In this document: positions 50,542 through 59,488 of the stretch, one piece after another
Position numbering within the stretch: position 1 is the first letter of the stretch
Layout: each line of letters opens with the position of its first letter
Assembly: GCA_017408525.1 (NCBI GenBank)
Contig: JAFQUN010000108.1
Span: 2,739 to 66,738 of the forward strand
Direction: 5' to 3'
Origin: Oscillospiraceae bacterium
Lineage (GTDB): Bacteria; Bacillota; Clostridia; Oscillospirales; Oscillospiraceae
Length of the DNA stretch: 64,000 nt
Made by a program: the position numbers and the translations under genes
The notes under the pieces: generated by a model
Told to the model about the DNA's origin: nothing
The model's database searches: none
What the model saw: the letters and a program-made list of their open reading frames with translations, nothing else

Positions 50542-51723
50542 TCAAAATTCGAGGTTCTTGCCACTTTCGCGGTCAAACACATGGGCAATGCTGCCGCTGA
50601 AAGTAAATGCGATCTCTTTGCCCATCGCAAAACCTGCTTTTTCCTCGTCGGAGAGGTTTGCCGTCTGGACGATGATGATGACATCGCTCCCGCCGACATT
50701 TGCGTGCAGGTGGATGGCGCTTCCCATCATCTCGGAGACATCGACCGTGCCGCGCACGGCGCCTGCCGCATTCCCTGCAAGGGAGATATGCTCGGGACGA
50801 ACGCCGAGGGTGATCTCCTGAGGTGCGACGTTTTTCGCCGCAAGGCGCTTTTGCTTATCTTCGGAAAGCTCCACATACAGCTCGCCGAGCTTGACGGCAT
50901 AGCGTCCGTTTTCAAGGACAAGCGAGGCATCAAACAGATTCATGCGCGGCATACCGATAAAGCCGGCGACAAAGAGGTTTGCCGGATGGTCGAAGACCTC
51001 CTGCGGGGTGCCGACCTGCTGGATGACGCCGTCTTTCATGATGACGATGCGGTCGCCAAGCGTCATCGCCTCCGTCTGGTCGTGGGTGACGTAGACAAAG
51101 GTGGTGTCAATGCGCTGGCGCAGCTTGATGATCTCGGCGCGCATCTGGTTGCGCAGCTTCGCGTCGAGGTTGGAAAGCGGCTCATCCATCAAAAAGACCT
51201 TGGGGTTGCGCACGATGGCTCTGCCGATGGCGACACGCTGGCGCTGACCACCGGACAGCGCCTTCGGGCGGCGGTCGAGATACTGCGTGATATCCAGGAT
51301 CTCAGCAGCCTCGCGAACCTTGCGGTCGATCTCCTGCGGGTCGATTTTTCTCAGCTTGAGGGAGAAAGCCATGTTCTCGTAAACCGTCATGTGCGGATAG
51401 AGCGCATAGCTCTGGAAGACCATTGCGATGTCACGATCCTTAGGGGCAATATCGTTGACGCGCTTGCCGTCGATCAGAAGATCGCCACCGCTGATCTCCT
51501 CGAGACCGGCGATCATGCGCAGCGTCGTCGACTTGCCGCAGCCGGAGGGTCCGACGAGGACGATGAACTCACGGTCGGCGATGGTGAGGTTGAAATCCTG
51601 CACGGCGAGAACGCCCTCGTCCGTGACCTTAAGGTTCGTCTTTTTCTCCTGCTCGCCGCGGCGGCGCTTTTTCTCCGAGTGGGGATAGACCTTCTTAATA
51701 TTTTTAAGGATCACTTCTGCCAT
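50542..51723 (-). CDS. msmX: Sugar ABC transporter ATP-binding protein (MsmX/MalK/UgpC type)
   Basis: 393 aa from [11 protein letters not shown] behind a GGAAGGAG RBS. Walker [35 protein letters not shown] and a C-terminal TOBE-like domain. A K/R/E-rich insertion of about 20 aa lies before the first beta-strand. Confidence 0.9.
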   Translation of the reverse strand: MAEVILKNIKKVYPHSEKKRRRGEQEKKTNLKVTDEGVLAVQDFNLTIADREFIVLVGPSGCGKSTTLRMIAGLEEISGGDLLIDGKRVNDIAPKDRDIAMVFQSYALYPHMTVYENMAFSLKLRKIDPQEIDRKVREAAEILDITQYLDRRPKALSGGQRQRVAIGRAIVRNPKVFLMDEPLSNLDAKLRNQMRAEIIKLRQRIDTTFVYVTHDQTEAMTLGDRIVIMKDGVIQQVGTPQEVFDHPANLFVAGFIGMPRMNLFDASLVLENGRYAVKLGELYVELSEDKQKRLAAKNVAPQEITLGVRPEHISLAGNAAGAVRGTVDVSEMMGSAIHLHANVGGSDVIIIVQTANLSDEEKAGFAMGKEIAFTFSGSIAHVFDRESGKNLEF

Positions 51724-53222
51724 TTTTTGCTGCTCCTTCCGTAGATTCGGGCGCATTCTGCGATGCGCTCCGTCAGTGCGGCATCGATCTCGCCGCGGCG
51801 GATACGCCACTGCCAGTTGCCGCCTGCTTTGCCGGGAACATTCATGCGGGATTCCGCGCCAAGACCGAGATAGTCCTGCATCTGCGCGACAAAGAGCGCT
51901 GCAACGGAGGAAAGCCCGCCGCGCAAAACGCCCCAATGGAAACCCTCCGCCTCGTTCAGACCGAGGTACTGCTCTGCGAAGGCGATGTCCTCCTGCGCAG
52001 CTTCTTCGCGCCATGCCATGATGGGGGAGTTGTCGTGCGTACCGGCGTAGCACACGCAGTTCGGCGCGTAAGTGTGAGGGAGGTAATCGCTCGGCTCGCG
52101 CGAGTCAAAAGCGAATTCCAGCACTTTCATGCCGGGGAAGCCGGAATCGCGCAGAAGCTGCTGCACTTCCGGTGTGAGGAAGCCGAGATCCTCGGCGATA
52201 AACTGAATGTTCGGGAACCACGAGGTGAGGACGCTGATAAGATCCATTCCGGGACCTTTGATCCAGCGGCCGTTTTTCGCCGTCGTTTCACCGCTCGGCA
52301 CCGACCAGTAGCTCTCAAAGCCGCGGAAATGGTCGATACGGATGATGTCGTACAGCCGCGACGCGCCTTCGATGCGGCGGATCCACCAGCCGTAGCCGTC
52401 CGCTTTCATGGCATCCCAGTTGTAGAGGGGGTTGCCCCAAAGCTGGCCTTCTTCGCTGAAATAGTCGGGCGGAACGCCGGAAACATCGGTTGCAAAACCA
52501 TGCTCGTCAAGCTGAAAGCTCTTCGGGTCAGCCCAGACGTCGGCAGAGTCCATCGCAACGTAGATGGGGAGGTCACCGATGATGCCCACACCCTTTTCAC
52601 GTGCGTATTCGCGAAGGGAACGCCACTGCTTGTAAAAGAGGAACTGAATGTAGGTGAAAAGGCGAACATCGCCCGCAAGCTCGTGGCGTGCGGTCTCGAC
52701 TGCCGCCGCATCGTGCAGACGGAGCGCTTCATCTTCCCACGCAGTCCAGGCTTTCATGCCGAAATGGCGTTTGAGCGCCATAAAGAGTGCGTAGTCGCCG
52801 ATCCAGCTTTTGTTTTCCTCACAAAAAGCGTCGATCTCCGCTTTGTCGCGTGAGTAGCCGCGCGACGCCGCAAGTGCGAGCACAGCGAAGCGGTTTTCAT
52901 AGATCTTACCATAGTCAACGCGCGTGTCGTCTTCCCCCCAGTCGATGGAGGAGATCTCTTCGCGCTCGAGGAGACCGTCGATGCAAAGCATGTCAAGATC
53001 GATGAAATAGGGGTTTCCGGCGAAAGTCGAAAAACTTTGGTACGGGGAGTCGCCGTAACTTGTGGGGCCAAGCGGCAAAACCTGCCACCAGGACTGTCCC
53101 GCTGCGGCGAGAAAGTCGACAAACTCATACGCCGCCTTGCCGAGCGTCCCGATGCCGTGCGGCGAGGGGAGCGCGGAAACGGGCATGAGGATGCCGCAGC
53201 TTCTTTTTATCATGCGATGCAC
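51711..53222 (-). CDS. malQ: 4-alpha-glucanotransferase (amylomaltase, GH77)
   Basis: 503 aa. [19 protein letters not shown]...WQVLPLGPT...[16 protein letters not shown] and GDLP motifs. The start is GTG 53222 or ATG 53213. The 3' end overlaps the msmX start by 13 nt. Confidence 0.9.
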   Translation of the reverse strand: MHRMIKRSCGILMPVSALPSPHGIGTLGKAAYEFVDFLAAAGQSWWQVLPLGPTSYGDSPYQSFSTFAGNPYFIDLDMLCIDGLLEREEISSIDWGEDDTRVDYGKIYENRFAVLALAASRGYSRDKAEIDAFCEENKSWIGDYALFMALKRHFGMKAWTAWEDEALRLHDAAAVETARHELAGDVRLFTYIQFLFYKQWRSLREYAREKGVGIIGDLPIYVAMDSADVWADPKSFQLDEHGFATDVSGVPPDYFSEEGQLWGNPLYNWDAMKADGYGWWIRRIEGASRLYDIIRIDHFRGFESYWSVPSGETTAKNGRWIKGPGMDLISVLTSWFPNIQFIAEDLGFLTPEVQQLLRDSGFPGMKVLEFAFDSREPSDYLPHTYAPNCVCYAGTHDNSPIMAWREEAAQEDIAFAEQYLGLNEAEGFHWGVLRGGLSSVAALFVAQMQDYLGLGAESRMNVPGKAGGNWQWRIRRGEIDAALTERIAECARIYGRSSKKWQK

Positions 53223-53223
53223 C

Positions 53224-54075
53224 TTATCCCTTCACGGCGCCTGCGAGAACGCCTTTGATGATATGCTTTTGACCGAGAATGTAAATAATGACGACAGGGA
53301 TGACCGTGAGCATGATCGACGCCATCATCGCGCCCATCTCCACCGTGCCGTAACTCCCGCGGAAGTACTGGATCAGCATGGGGATGGTGCGGTATTTCTT
53401 GATATCGAGCACAAGTGTGGGGAGCAGATAGTCGTTCCAAACCCACATCGTTTCAAGGATGCCGACAGAGATCATCGTCGGGCGAAGGATGGGGAAAACG
53501 ACGCGGAAATACGTTTGCAGCGGGCTGCATCCGTCGATCATCGCCGCTTCTTCGATCTCAATGGGAACGGAGCGCATGAAACCTGTGAACATGAACACGG
53601 CAAGTCCCGCGCCAAAGCCGAGGTAGATGAAGCAGATGGTGTAGGGATTATTGAAACGAATGAAGAAAAGACGGAAACGGTCCGCCGTCTGCGAGAGGGT
53701 GAACATGACCATCTGGAACGGAACGACCATCGAAAACGCGCACAGAAGATACATCATGCGCGAGAGAAGGTTATTGACACGGCTGATGTACCACGCGCAC
53801 ATCGAACAGCACAAAAGAATAAGTGCGACGGAGGAAATGGTGATAAAGAGACTGTAAAAAAGACTCTTTCCAAAGCCCTGCGAAGTGAGGGCGGAGACAT
53901 AGTTTTCAAGTCCTGCAAATGTCTCTGCCGTGGGCGCAGTGAACGCGCCTGCCGTCGTGATGGCGCTTTCTTTTTTGAGCGAATTCAAAAGCACCATGAT
54001 GATCGGATAGAGATAGAGTGCGGAAACGACACTCAAAATGATCGTCCAGATAAGACCGGATGCCTGCTTTTTCAT
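53224..54075 (-). CDS. Carbohydrate ABC transporter permease (MalG-like)
   Basis: 283 aa from MKKQASGLIW. EAA-loop-like EEAAMIDGCSPLQTYFRVVFP. TGATG overlap with the upstream permease. Confidence 0.88.
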   Translation of the reverse strand: MKKQASGLIWTIILSVVSALYLYPIIMVLLNSLKKESAITTAGAFTAPTAETFAGLENYVSALTSQGFGKSLFYSLFITISSVALILLCCSMCAWYISRVNNLLSRMMYLLCAFSMVVPFQMVMFTLSQTADRFRLFFIRFNNPYTICFIYLGFGAGLAVFMFTGFMRSVPIEIEEAAMIDGCSPLQTYFRVVFPILRPTMISVGILETMWVWNDYLLPTLVLDIKKYRTIPMLIQYFRGSYGTVEMGAMMASIMLTVIPVVIIYILGQKHIIKGVLAGAVKG

Positions 54076-54926
54076 CACTGCTGCACCTCCTTCGAACGCG
54101 TTGCGCGAAGCTGGAAGAGGGCGATGCCGACAACGAGGATGGAGAAGATGACAGCCTTCGCTTGTCCGATGCCCTTCCACTGCGGGCCGGAGCGGGCATA
54201 GAACGTATTATAGATATTGAGTGCCAGCATCTCCGTATCATGTCCCGGCGCGCCGCCGGTGAGCGAGAGGTTTTGGTCAAAGAGTTTGAAGCAGTTGGTG
54301 ATGGTAAGGAAGAGGCAAATGGTGATCGACGGCATGACCATCGGAAGCTTCACGCGCAGGAGCGTCTGCAAACGGTTTGCGCCGTCGATCTGCGACGCTT
54401 CCAAAAGCTCGGGCGGAACGTTTTGCAATCCCGCGATGTAAATGATCATCATATAGCCGATCTGCTGCCAGCAGAGCATTACAACAAGACCCCAGAAACC
54501 CGCCGTCGTGTTGAGCGCGATCAGCGGAAGGGCAAATTTCGACAAAAGTGCATTGATGAGGATGTTCCAAATGTAACCGAGGACGATGCCGCCGATGAGG
54601 TTCGGAAGGAAGAACACCGTGCGGAAAATATTCGTTCCGCGGATGCTGCGCGTGAGAACGAGCGCCAGCATGAACGCAATGCCGTTGATAAGAACCGTCG
54701 CAACGATAACAAAAGCAACGGTAAAGAGGAATGAATACGAGAAAGTATCGTCAGTGAGCGCTTTGATATAGTTTCCAAATCCCGCCCATGACGCGTTATC
54801 CACCGTTGTGAATTTACAAAATGAAAGGTAAAGCGCCTGCAAAAAAGGCCAGATAAAGCCAACAATAAACGCGGCAAGTGTCGGAAGCACAAAAACGGGG
54901 AACCATTTTCGGAGCGCTTTTTCCAT
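54075..54926 (-). CDS. Carbohydrate ABC transporter permease (MalF-like)
   Basis: 283 aa. EAA loop LEASQIDGANRLQTLLRVKLP. Confidence 0.88.
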   Translation of the reverse strand: MEKALRKWFPVFVLPTLAAFIVGFIWPFLQALYLSFCKFTTVDNASWAGFGNYIKALTDDTFSYSFLFTVAFVIVATVLINGIAFMLALVLTRSIRGTNIFRTVFFLPNLIGGIVLGYIWNILINALLSKFALPLIALNTTAGFWGLVVMLCWQQIGYMMIIYIAGLQNVPPELLEASQIDGANRLQTLLRVKLPMVMPSITICLFLTITNCFKLFDQNLSLTGGAPGHDTEMLALNIYNTFYARSGPQWKGIGQAKAVIFSILVVGIALFQLRATRSKEVQQ

Positions 54927-54980
54927 AGCGGTCAGCTCTCTTTCTAAAAAGGTCTCGGCATCTGCCGGAAAAAGGGAGGG

Positions 54981-55020
54981 TCTGAAAAATGGGGGAGCGA
55001 ATGCTCCCCCATTTTTCAGA
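54981..55020 (-). other. Perfect 18-bp intercistronic stem-loop between the binding-protein gene and the permease genes
   Basis: TCTGAAAAATGGGGGAGC-GAAT-GCTCCCCCATTTTTCAGA. Confidence 0.7.
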
Positions 55021-55033
55021 TAGAAGGGTAAAA

Positions 55034-56356
55034 TCAGCCGTTGAGAAGCGCGTACTCGGCAGCCCAGTTGTCAACGAAAGCCTTGACAACAGCGTCCCAG
55101 TTCGCGTCAGACTGATCGGCTGCATAAGCAGTCAGAGCAGTGCCGAGCATATTCTTCCACTCCTCGGAAGGCATGGTGGTGAAGTTCCACGAAACGGGAA
55201 CCTTGCCCTCGGCGGTCATAGCAGCATCCTGCTTGACAAAGAGGTTGGGAGATTCGGCAGCGCCCTTGAAGGGAATGACAAAGCCCATCTCGTTGGCGAG
55301 AGCAGCGGTGCCCTCGTCGCTCGTAACGCACCAGTACATGAAATCAAGCGTAGCCTTGATGTCAGCCTCGGAAGCGTTCTTGTTGACGCACCAGTAGTTC
55401 TCGGTGCCGGTGCAAAGACCCTGCTTCGCCTCGTCGCCTGCGCCCACATAGATGGGGATCATGGCGAGATCGTCGTCGGTGTAAGCACCCTCAGCGGTCA
55501 GAGCGCCATACTCCCAGGAACCGTTCTGGAAGAAGACAGCCTCGCCGGCGAGGAATTCGTTGCGGGAGTCATCAACGGTCTTGGCGGAAAGCTCAGCCGG
55601 AGCGCAGGTGGAATTGTTGATGTACAGGTCGAAGATCTGGCGATAGTTGTCGAGGAAGTCGCCCTTGATGGTCTCGGTGGAGTTGATGCCATCAGCCTGA
55701 TACTCGAAGTAGATGGGAAGGTTTGCAAGGTGGGTCTTGAAACGCCAGTCGGAGGAACTGTCCATACCGGTGGAGGAGAAGGCGGCGAAGCCCAGCTCGT
55801 CCTTGCGGGCGGTGATGTCCTCGGCGACCTTTTTGAGGTCAGCGAAAGAAGCGATGTCCTCAACAGCGTAGCCGGCCTGGGCAAGGAGAGTCTTGTTGGC
55901 GATGATGCCGTAGGACTCGATAACATAGCCGATGCCGCAAAGAGCGCCGTCAGCGCTCTTGAGCGCGAAAGAATCGCTCGTCAGCTCACCGGCGACGGGA
56001 GAACCGGAGAGGTCATAGCAGTAGTCGACCCAGTTTTTGAGGCCGTTCGGGCCGTTGACCTGGAAGAGCGTGGGGGGCTCATCCTTGGCGATCTCAGCGC
56101 CGAGGGTGGTCTCATAGGTGCCGGAGGCGGCGGTCACGACGGTGACGGGAACGCCGGTCTTTGCGGTGTAGTCGGCGGCGAGCTTCTGCCACGCGCCGTC
56201 CTGTTCGGGCTTGAAGTTCAGGTAGTACACGGAACCGGTGGCTTCCTCACCGGCGCTGTCGCCGGTGCCAGTGCCGGTGGTGCCAGTGCCGCCGCAGCCG
56301 ACGGCAAGGGAAAGGACCATGAGCATCGCAAGAGCAAGAGCAAATACTTTTTTCAT
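55034..56356 (-). CDS. Extracellular solute-binding lipoprotein (family 1, maltodextrin/oligosaccharide type)
   Basis: 440 aa. Lipobox LAVGC|GG followed by a T/G-rich linker. Confidence 0.85.
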   Translation of the reverse strand: MKKVFALALAMLMVLSLAVGCGGTGTTGTGTGDSAGEEATGSVYYLNFKPEQDGAWQKLAADYTAKTGVPVTVVTAASGTYETTLGAEIAKDEPPTLFQVNGPNGLKNWVDYCYDLSGSPVAGELTSDSFALKSADGALCGIGYVIESYGIIANKTLLAQAGYAVEDIASFADLKKVAEDITARKDELGFAAFSSTGMDSSSDWRFKTHLANLPIYFEYQADGINSTETIKGDFLDNYRQIFDLYINNSTCAPAELSAKTVDDSRNEFLAGEAVFFQNGSWEYGALTAEGAYTDDDLAMIPIYVGAGDEAKQGLCTGTENYWCVNKNASEADIKATLDFMYWCVTSDEGTAALANEMGFVIPFKGAAESPNLFVKQDAAMTAEGKVPVSWNFTTMPSEEWKNMLGTALTAYAADQSDANWDAVVKAFVDNWAAEYALLNG

Positions 56357-56411
56357 CCTAACAACTCCTTAATAAAATATATTATTATTTCCACGGCATA
56401 TGCCGTAAAAA

Positions 56412-57428
56412 TCAATCACAAATGCGGCAGACGCTGCCGCCGCGGCGCGGCTCCGTTTCCAAAACGACGTGCCTGTTCGCCGTGTGTCCTTCGATCATGT
56501 CCAGCAGAAGCCGCACGGACATCTCGCCCATCTCGTGCTTTGGCTGCGAGAGCGTCGTAAGCGTCGGGATGCTATACGCCGACATTTCGATGCCGTCAAT
56601 GGCGATCACGGAGCAATCCTTCGGCACGCTTCGACCCGCGTCGTGCAGTGCCTTCATCGCGGCGACCGCCATCGAGTCGGAGATGCAGAAAAGGGCGGAG
56701 AAGGAAAGTTCTTTTTTCAGCGCCTCGCAGACCGCATCGTATGCCGCGTCCATTCCGTATCCGCGCGTTTGCAAAACAAGCGCTTCGTCAAACGCGATAC
56801 CATTCTCCTCGAGCGCCTGACGGTAACCCATGTAGCGCAGCTCACTGATGGAGCGGTCATCCGTCGATTCAAGGAGTACGGCGATGCGGCGGTGTCCGTT
56901 TTTGACAAGATAGTGGACGGCGCGATGCGCCTCCGCGCGGTCATCGATCGTGACGGAGGAGTACGCCTTCTCGTCGAGATTACCGAAGCTGTTGGTGTAT
57001 GAGCAGCACACAAACGGTACATCCAAAAGGGCGACATCGTCGGCGTTGTAGTCAAAGCAGCCGCCGAGCAAAATCAGCCCACGCAGTTTTTTCGACCGCA
57101 CGAGCTGCGCGCCCGCGCGAAGCTCATCTTCACCGGGGTGGATATTCTGGACGAACATCGTATATCCCGCCTCGGCGATCGTGCTTTCAACAGCATGGAA
57201 GACATCGAGAAAAAACGGATTTCCAACGCCGCGCACAACAAGCCCGACGGCGTCCGAGGCGGCACACACAAGGTCGCGCGCGCTGCTGTTGGGAACATAA
57301 TGCAGTTCCTCCACAGCACGCATCACTTTGCTTCGCACCCTCTCGCTCACATCGGGGTGTTTGTTCAAAACGCGGGAAACGGTACTGACCGACACACCGC
57401 AGTGCTGGGCAACATCCTTGATCGTCAC
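56412..57428 (-). CDS. LacI-family transcriptional regulator
   Basis: 338 aa. GTG start behind GGGAGG. MTIKDVAQHCGVSVSTVSRVLN HTH plus a periplasmic-binding-like core. Confidence 0.9.
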   Translation of the reverse strand: MTIKDVAQHCGVSVSTVSRVLNKHPDVSERVRSKVMRAVEELHYVPNSSARDLVCAASDAVGLVVRGVGNPFFLDVFHAVESTIAEAGYTMFVQNIHPGEDELRAGAQLVRSKKLRGLILLGGCFDYNADDVALLDVPFVCCSYTNSFGNLDEKAYSSVTIDDRAEAHRAVHYLVKNGHRRIAVLLESTDDRSISELRYMGYRQALEENGIAFDEALVLQTRGYGMDAAYDAVCEALKKELSFSALFCISDSMAVAAMKALHDAGRSVPKDCSVIAIDGIEMSAYSIPTLTTLSQPKHEMGEMSVRLLLDMIEGHTANRHVVLETEPRRGGSVCRICD

Positions 57429-57462
57429 GGTGTGATCCTCCCGTAATGTGTTGAGAATGCCG

Positions 57463-57489
57463 CTGAAAACGTTACTGGAAACGTTCCCA
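57463..57489 (-). promoter_or_regulatory. Two overlapping LacI/CcpA-type operator (cre-like) palindromes in the lacI-operon leader
   Basis: TGGAAACGTTCCCA (57476-57489) fits TGNAANCGNTNNCA. CTGAAAACGTTACTG (57463-57477) is a weaker second site. Confidence 0.55.
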
Positions 57490-57502
57490 AACCTTTGTGT
57501 AT

Positions 57503-57531
57503 ATACTACATCTTGCGCAGTCCCTTGTCAA
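57503..57531 (-). promoter_or_regulatory. Sigma-A-like promoter of the lacI/maltodextrin operon
   Basis: Minus strand: TTGACA (57531-57526), a 17-nt spacer, then TAGTAT (57508-57503). Confidence 0.55.
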
Positions 57532-57754
57532 GTACGTTTTAGTATATTTGTTGAAAACATACAAGAACGTTCCAATACATAGGGCAACTCGCCGAGGAAA
57601 ATTTTGCTTCCCGTTTCATCTGTTTTTGCCCTTTTGCTGCGGCAGCTTTTGCAAGGGAAGGGTTCTGCGCCTCTGGGCGCGAGCTTCTTTTTGCGCTTTT
57701 CTCTGATCGGAATGCCTACGGAGGGGTGGTTCCGCGTTCCGACGCGGACATCCT

Positions 57755-57807
57755 TTATTGTATAGAGAAAACCACTCGCCGAGCGAGTGGTTTTCTCTAT
57801 ACAATAA
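57755..57807. repeat. Perfect 25-bp inverted repeat with a 3-nt loop
   Basis: TTATTGTATAGAGAAAACCACTCGC-CGA-GCGAGTGGTTTTCTCTATACAATAA. Confidence 0.9.
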
Positions 57808-57834
57808 AAAAAGAGGCGGGAGCCTCTTTTTTTG
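57808..57834 (-). terminator. Terminator of the mgtC pair
   Basis: AAAAAAGAGGC-GGGA-GCCTCTTTTTTT, symmetric and flanked by A/T runs. Confidence 0.75.
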
Positions 57835-57839
57835 AAATA

Positions 57840-58532
57840 TCAAATTTCCTCGGCAAGCGATACGCCTGCCATTTGCTGCAAATCGTTCAAAAGCGACTCC
57901 ACCTTCACCTTCTTGTGCAGGCGCAGCGCGAAGATCGCGCACGAGGTCATCTTCTCTCCGTCGGCGTTTCGCGTGACCTCCATATAGAGGAGCTTCACAC
58001 CAAGGCGGCGGAAAAACTGCAAAACTGCGTCAAGGCAGTTTTTGTCGCTGTATTCCATATAAAGGTTGATCTCCGGTGCGTTGGCAAGGAGACGATATTC
58101 CCACTTGACAAAAAGGACCTCTGCAAGGATGATGAGCACGGTCACGATGATCGCGCCTTCAAAAAAGCCGGCACCGACCGAAAGCCCGACGATCGCTGAT
58201 GTCCAGAGCCCTGCCGCCGTCGTCAGACCCTTGACGCGCTGGCGGCGCGTGACGATGATCGTGCCTGCGCCGATAAAGCCGACACCCGCCACGACCTGCG
58301 CCCCGAGGCGGGCGATGTCGGTATAGTAGCCGAGCGAGAGCGAAAGATACTGGCTTGTAAGCGTTGTCATTGCCGCGCCGAGGCAGATGAGGATGTGCGT
58401 GCGAAATCCGGCGGGGCGGCGGCGGAAGCCGCGCTCGATGCCGATGATGCCGCCGCAGAGGACGGCAAGGAGCATCCGCACAGAAACGGAAAGAAATGTA
58501 AGATCACGAAACGCGTCAAAAACCGACAGCAC
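57840..58532 (-). CDS. MgtC/SapB-family membrane protein (copy 2)
   Basis: 230 aa. GGIIGIERGFRRRPAGFRTHILICLGAA is the MgtC signature. C-terminal ACT-like soluble domain. Confidence 0.85.
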   Translation of the reverse strand: MLSVFDAFRDLTFLSVSVRMLLAVLCGGIIGIERGFRRRPAGFRTHILICLGAAMTTLTSQYLSLSLGYYTDIARLGAQVVAGVGFIGAGTIIVTRRQRVKGLTTAAGLWTSAIVGLSVGAGFFEGAIIVTVLIILAEVLFVKWEYRLLANAPEINLYMEYSDKNCLDAVLQFFRRLGVKLLYMEVTRNADGEKMTSCAIFALRLHKKVKVESLLNDLQQMAGVSLAEEI

Positions 58533-58545
58533 GGGACGTCACCCC

Positions 58546-59271
58546 CTATATTTCATCGATGATAAGGACCTGATCGAGTGCGAAGATCGCAGATAGAACA
58601 TCTTCGTGACTGCTGCGCCGGTTGAGGTGCAGCGAAAAGACGGCGCTCGGATTCCGGCTGCCCGTCTCCTGCGGACGTGAGATCTCCACGCTGTAGATCT
58701 GCGCATTCTGCTCTTTGATGCGCGTGATGATCGCACCCACATCGTCAAGCGAGACAAATTCAACGTACACATTGATGTCGCGTGCGCGCTCAACGATGAT
58801 CGCCTCCAGTGCGGGGAGCAGACGGATGCAGAGGAAAATGAGCAAAAACGCGAGCAGCACGCACTCATAAAAACCTGCGCCGATGGCAAGCCCCGTGCAG
58901 GCCGACGCCCAAAGCCCCGCCGCTGTTGTCAGCCCTTTGACCTGCTGGCGGCTCGTGACGATGATCGTACCCGCGCCGAGAAAGCCGATGCCGTTGATGA
59001 CCTGCGCGCCGATGCGTGCAGCATCGGTCTGCAGGCTCAGCCCCTGCGCCGAGGCGAGCCACCGCGTTTGAAGCATCAGCTGCGAATACTGCCCGATGAG
59101 GATGGTCAGTGCCGCACCCATGCACACGAACATATAGGTGCGAAAGCCGGCAGGGCGGCGCTTTTTGGCGCGCTCCAGTCCGATCGCACCGCCGAAAACC
59201 ATTGCAATGGAAAGACGCAGGAGGACAGAAAAAAAAGTAAACTCCCGCAAGGGATCAAATATCGAAAGCAT
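58546..59271 (-). CDS. MgtC/SapB-family membrane protein (copy 1)
   Basis: The start MLSIFD at 59271 lies 6-7 nt after GGAGGAGG. GGAIGLERAKKRRPAGFRTYMFVCMGAA. Paralog of the downstream gene. Confidence 0.85.
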   Translation of the reverse strand: MLSIFDPLREFTFFSVLLRLSIAMVFGGAIGLERAKKRRPAGFRTYMFVCMGAALTILIGQYSQLMLQTRWLASAQGLSLQTDAARIGAQVINGIGFLGAGTIIVTSRQQVKGLTTAAGLWASACTGLAIGAGFYECVLLAFLLIFLCIRLLPALEAIIVERARDINVYVEFVSLDDVGAIITRIKEQNAQIYSVEISRPQETGSRNPSAVFSLHLNRRSSHEDVLSAIFALDQVLIIDEI

Positions 59272-59299
59272 CGTCATCCTCCTCCCCATCTGCTTTCAA

Positions 59300-59393
59300 A
59301 CAAGGGGTTTCGCCTCTTGTTTGCGGTTTTGCGCTCCGCTTTGCGCACCCGTTCCGCGAGAAGAAGTTTCTCCGGCGTACACGCCGCCGGAGA
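59300..59393 (-). repeat. Dispersed intergenic repeat, looser copy C, inside the mgtC leader
   Basis: Minus strand: TCTCCGGCGGCGTGTACGCCGGAGA...CTTCTCGCGG.ACGGGTG.GCGCAAA...GCGCAAAACC...CAAACAAG..CTTGTTTGAA. It is colinear with 33018-33120. Confidence 0.5.
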
Positions 59394-59458
59394 AAATGAT
59401 CTGACTCTATTTCGCCGCTGTGCGGCGAAAATTTGTGGGTGCGTAAAGGAACAGGGAT

Positions 59459-59487
59459 ATTTTACAGTTTTTCGCCTTTTTTGTCAA
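59459..59487 (-). promoter_or_regulatory. Sigma-A-like promoter of the mgtC pair
   Basis: Minus strand: TTGACA (59487-59482), a 17-nt spacer, then TAAAAT (59464-59459). This gives a leader of about 180 nt. Confidence 0.6.
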
Positions 59488-59488
59488 A

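Noticed and set aside
50542-51723. K/R/E-rich ~20-aa insertion ([23 protein letters not shown]) in MsmX as a novel feature.
   Set aside because: From memory, similar insertions occur in MsmX/MalK-type ATPases of other Clostridia. It is probably a lineage trait rather than something new.
59290-59460. M-box (Mg2+) riboswitch upstream of mgtC.
   Set aside because: I could not align the leader to the M-box consensus as I remember it. It is reported only as an unassigned structured leader.
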